Positions 42,328-43,266 of a DNA stretch of 43,266 nt are shown piece by piece. This DNA is from a virus (taxonomy: Duplodnaviria > Caudoviricetes): IMG/VR virus record IMGVR_UViG_3300042814_000014, positions 1 through 43,266 of that record; one strand, 5' to 3'. How positions within the stretch are numbered: the first letter of the stretch is position 1; every line of letters starts with the position of its first letter. The position numbers and the translations under genes were made by a program. The notes under the pieces are model-generated. The model was not told where the DNA came from. It did not search any database and saw only the letters and a program-made list of their open reading frames with translations.

Positions 42328-43266
42328 TGGCCAAGCGGCGGCTGATGCGGGGCGAGATCGCGAAGAATCTCGTTCTGTTCGAGCACTACACGCTAACGGC
42401 GACCGGCCTCGAGGTTCGGGGCCGGCCGTCCTTCGAGCAAAACGAAGGCGTCGGAGATTTCATCAAACGGGCGCACGGCGCTAGCGGGTTCTGGTTAGCG
42501 GACTGGCTCCGTTATACCGAGAGCCGCGTCGACTGGACGGAGCGGCTCAGCCAGGCGATCGACATGACGGGCCTGGCCATCAAAACCCTGAAGAACATCC
42601 GGGCGGTCGGCGCCATCGAGCCGGACGTCCGACACGCTGGGCTCGAGCTGGGCATCCATGAGGTCGTTGCCGCGCTGCCACGGGCCGAACAAATCGAATG
42701 GCTCGAGCGCGCCGAAACAGAGGGCTGGGGCGTTCGCGATCTGCGGCGCAACATCCGGGCGCACAAACGGACGAAGATCCTCGAGGGTCAGGCCGTCCTC
42801 GAGGGGCTCTACCGTGTCGTCTACGCGGATCCGCCCTGGCTGTATGGCGACAGCGGGCCGACCATCGACGGCTCGCTGGGCAAGGCCGCGCGGTCGTTCG
42901 AGGGCATGCCGATCGCGGAGCTGTGCAAGCTCCCGATCGCCGCGCACTGTCATCAGGACGCGGTCCTGTTCTGCTGGGTCACGGCGCCGATGCTCTACGA
43001 GAACCCTGGGGCGCGGGAGGTAATCGAAGCCCGGGGATTCAAACCGAAGACGGGCATGGTCTGGGACAAGGTCCTGCACAATTGGGGGCACTACGTTGGG
43101 ATCCATCACGAACATCTAATCATCGCGACGCGCGGATCGTGCATGCCGGACGTGCCGACGCCGATGCCGGATTCGGTCCAGGTCGTTCGCCGGCCCGATG
43201 ACTTCGAGCATTCGCAAAAGCCGGAGGAGTTCCGGAAGATCATCGAGAAGCTCTACACCCGCGGGC
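42327..43266 (+). CDS. LmbU-like HTH fused to MT-A70 family N6-adenine methyltransferase (3' truncated; absent from the ORF track)
   Basis: Own translation: FWLADWLRY...TGL..KTL.N...HEVVA.LP..EQ..WL..AE..GW.VRDLR, then YRVVYADPPWLY, LFCWVT.P, VWDK, HEHL.IATRG, HSQKPE. Confidence 0.9.
   Translation, partial: MAKRRLMRGEIAKNLVLFEHYTLTATGLEVRGRPSFEQNEGVGDFIKRAHGASGFWLADWLRYTESRVDWTERLSQAIDMTGLAIKTLKNIRAVGAIEPDVRHAGLELGIHEVVAALPRAEQIEWLERAETEGWGVRDLRRNIRAHKRTKILEGQAVLEGLYRVVYADPPWLYGDSGPTIDGSLGKAARSFEGMPIAELCKLPIAAHCHQDAVLFCWVTAPMLYENPGAREVIEARGFKPKTGMVWDKVLHNWGHYVGIHHEHLIIATRGSCMPDVPTPMPDSVQVVRRPDDFEHSQKPEEFRKIIEKLYTRG

Noticed and set aside
1-43266. Integrase, att site, tRNA or host genes indicating a prophage
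   Set aside because: None recognisable; lifestyle cannot be decided because both window ends cut through genes

Overview
A GC-rich, almost entirely plus-strand, near-complete genome of a short-tailed dsDNA phage with BPP-1/epsilon15-like morphogenesis genes. 114-31334 is the late module: TerS, TerL, portal, scaffold, major capsid, cement and staple proteins, an unusual 1553-aa adaptor fusion, nozzle, three ejection proteins (one a 3376-aa polyvalent protein), a collagen-like fibre and a holin-like gene. 31350-43266 is the early module: a small regulator, ERF recombinase, PD-(D/E)XK and HNH nucleases, SF2 helicase, DnaB, RuvC-like resolvase and an MT-A70 methyltransferase that runs off the window end. 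I recognised no integrase, repressor, primase, endolysin, tRNA, CRISPR array or DGR reverse transcriptase. The most unusual items are: (1) a +1-frame gene nested in the giant ejection gene that is a paralog of a free-standing 45-aa gene after terL; (2) a tandemly duplicated head-tail adaptor fused to about 1000 aa of spike-like domains; (3) a capsid protein with a signal-peptide-like N-terminal extension; (4) a lambda OOP-like antisense promoter/terminator unit; (5) a roughly 420-nt structured non-coding region upstream of the replication genes; (6) effector cassettes in the polyvalent protein separated by FQ/NQ junctions. All family assignments come from recognising motifs by eye; no searches were run.
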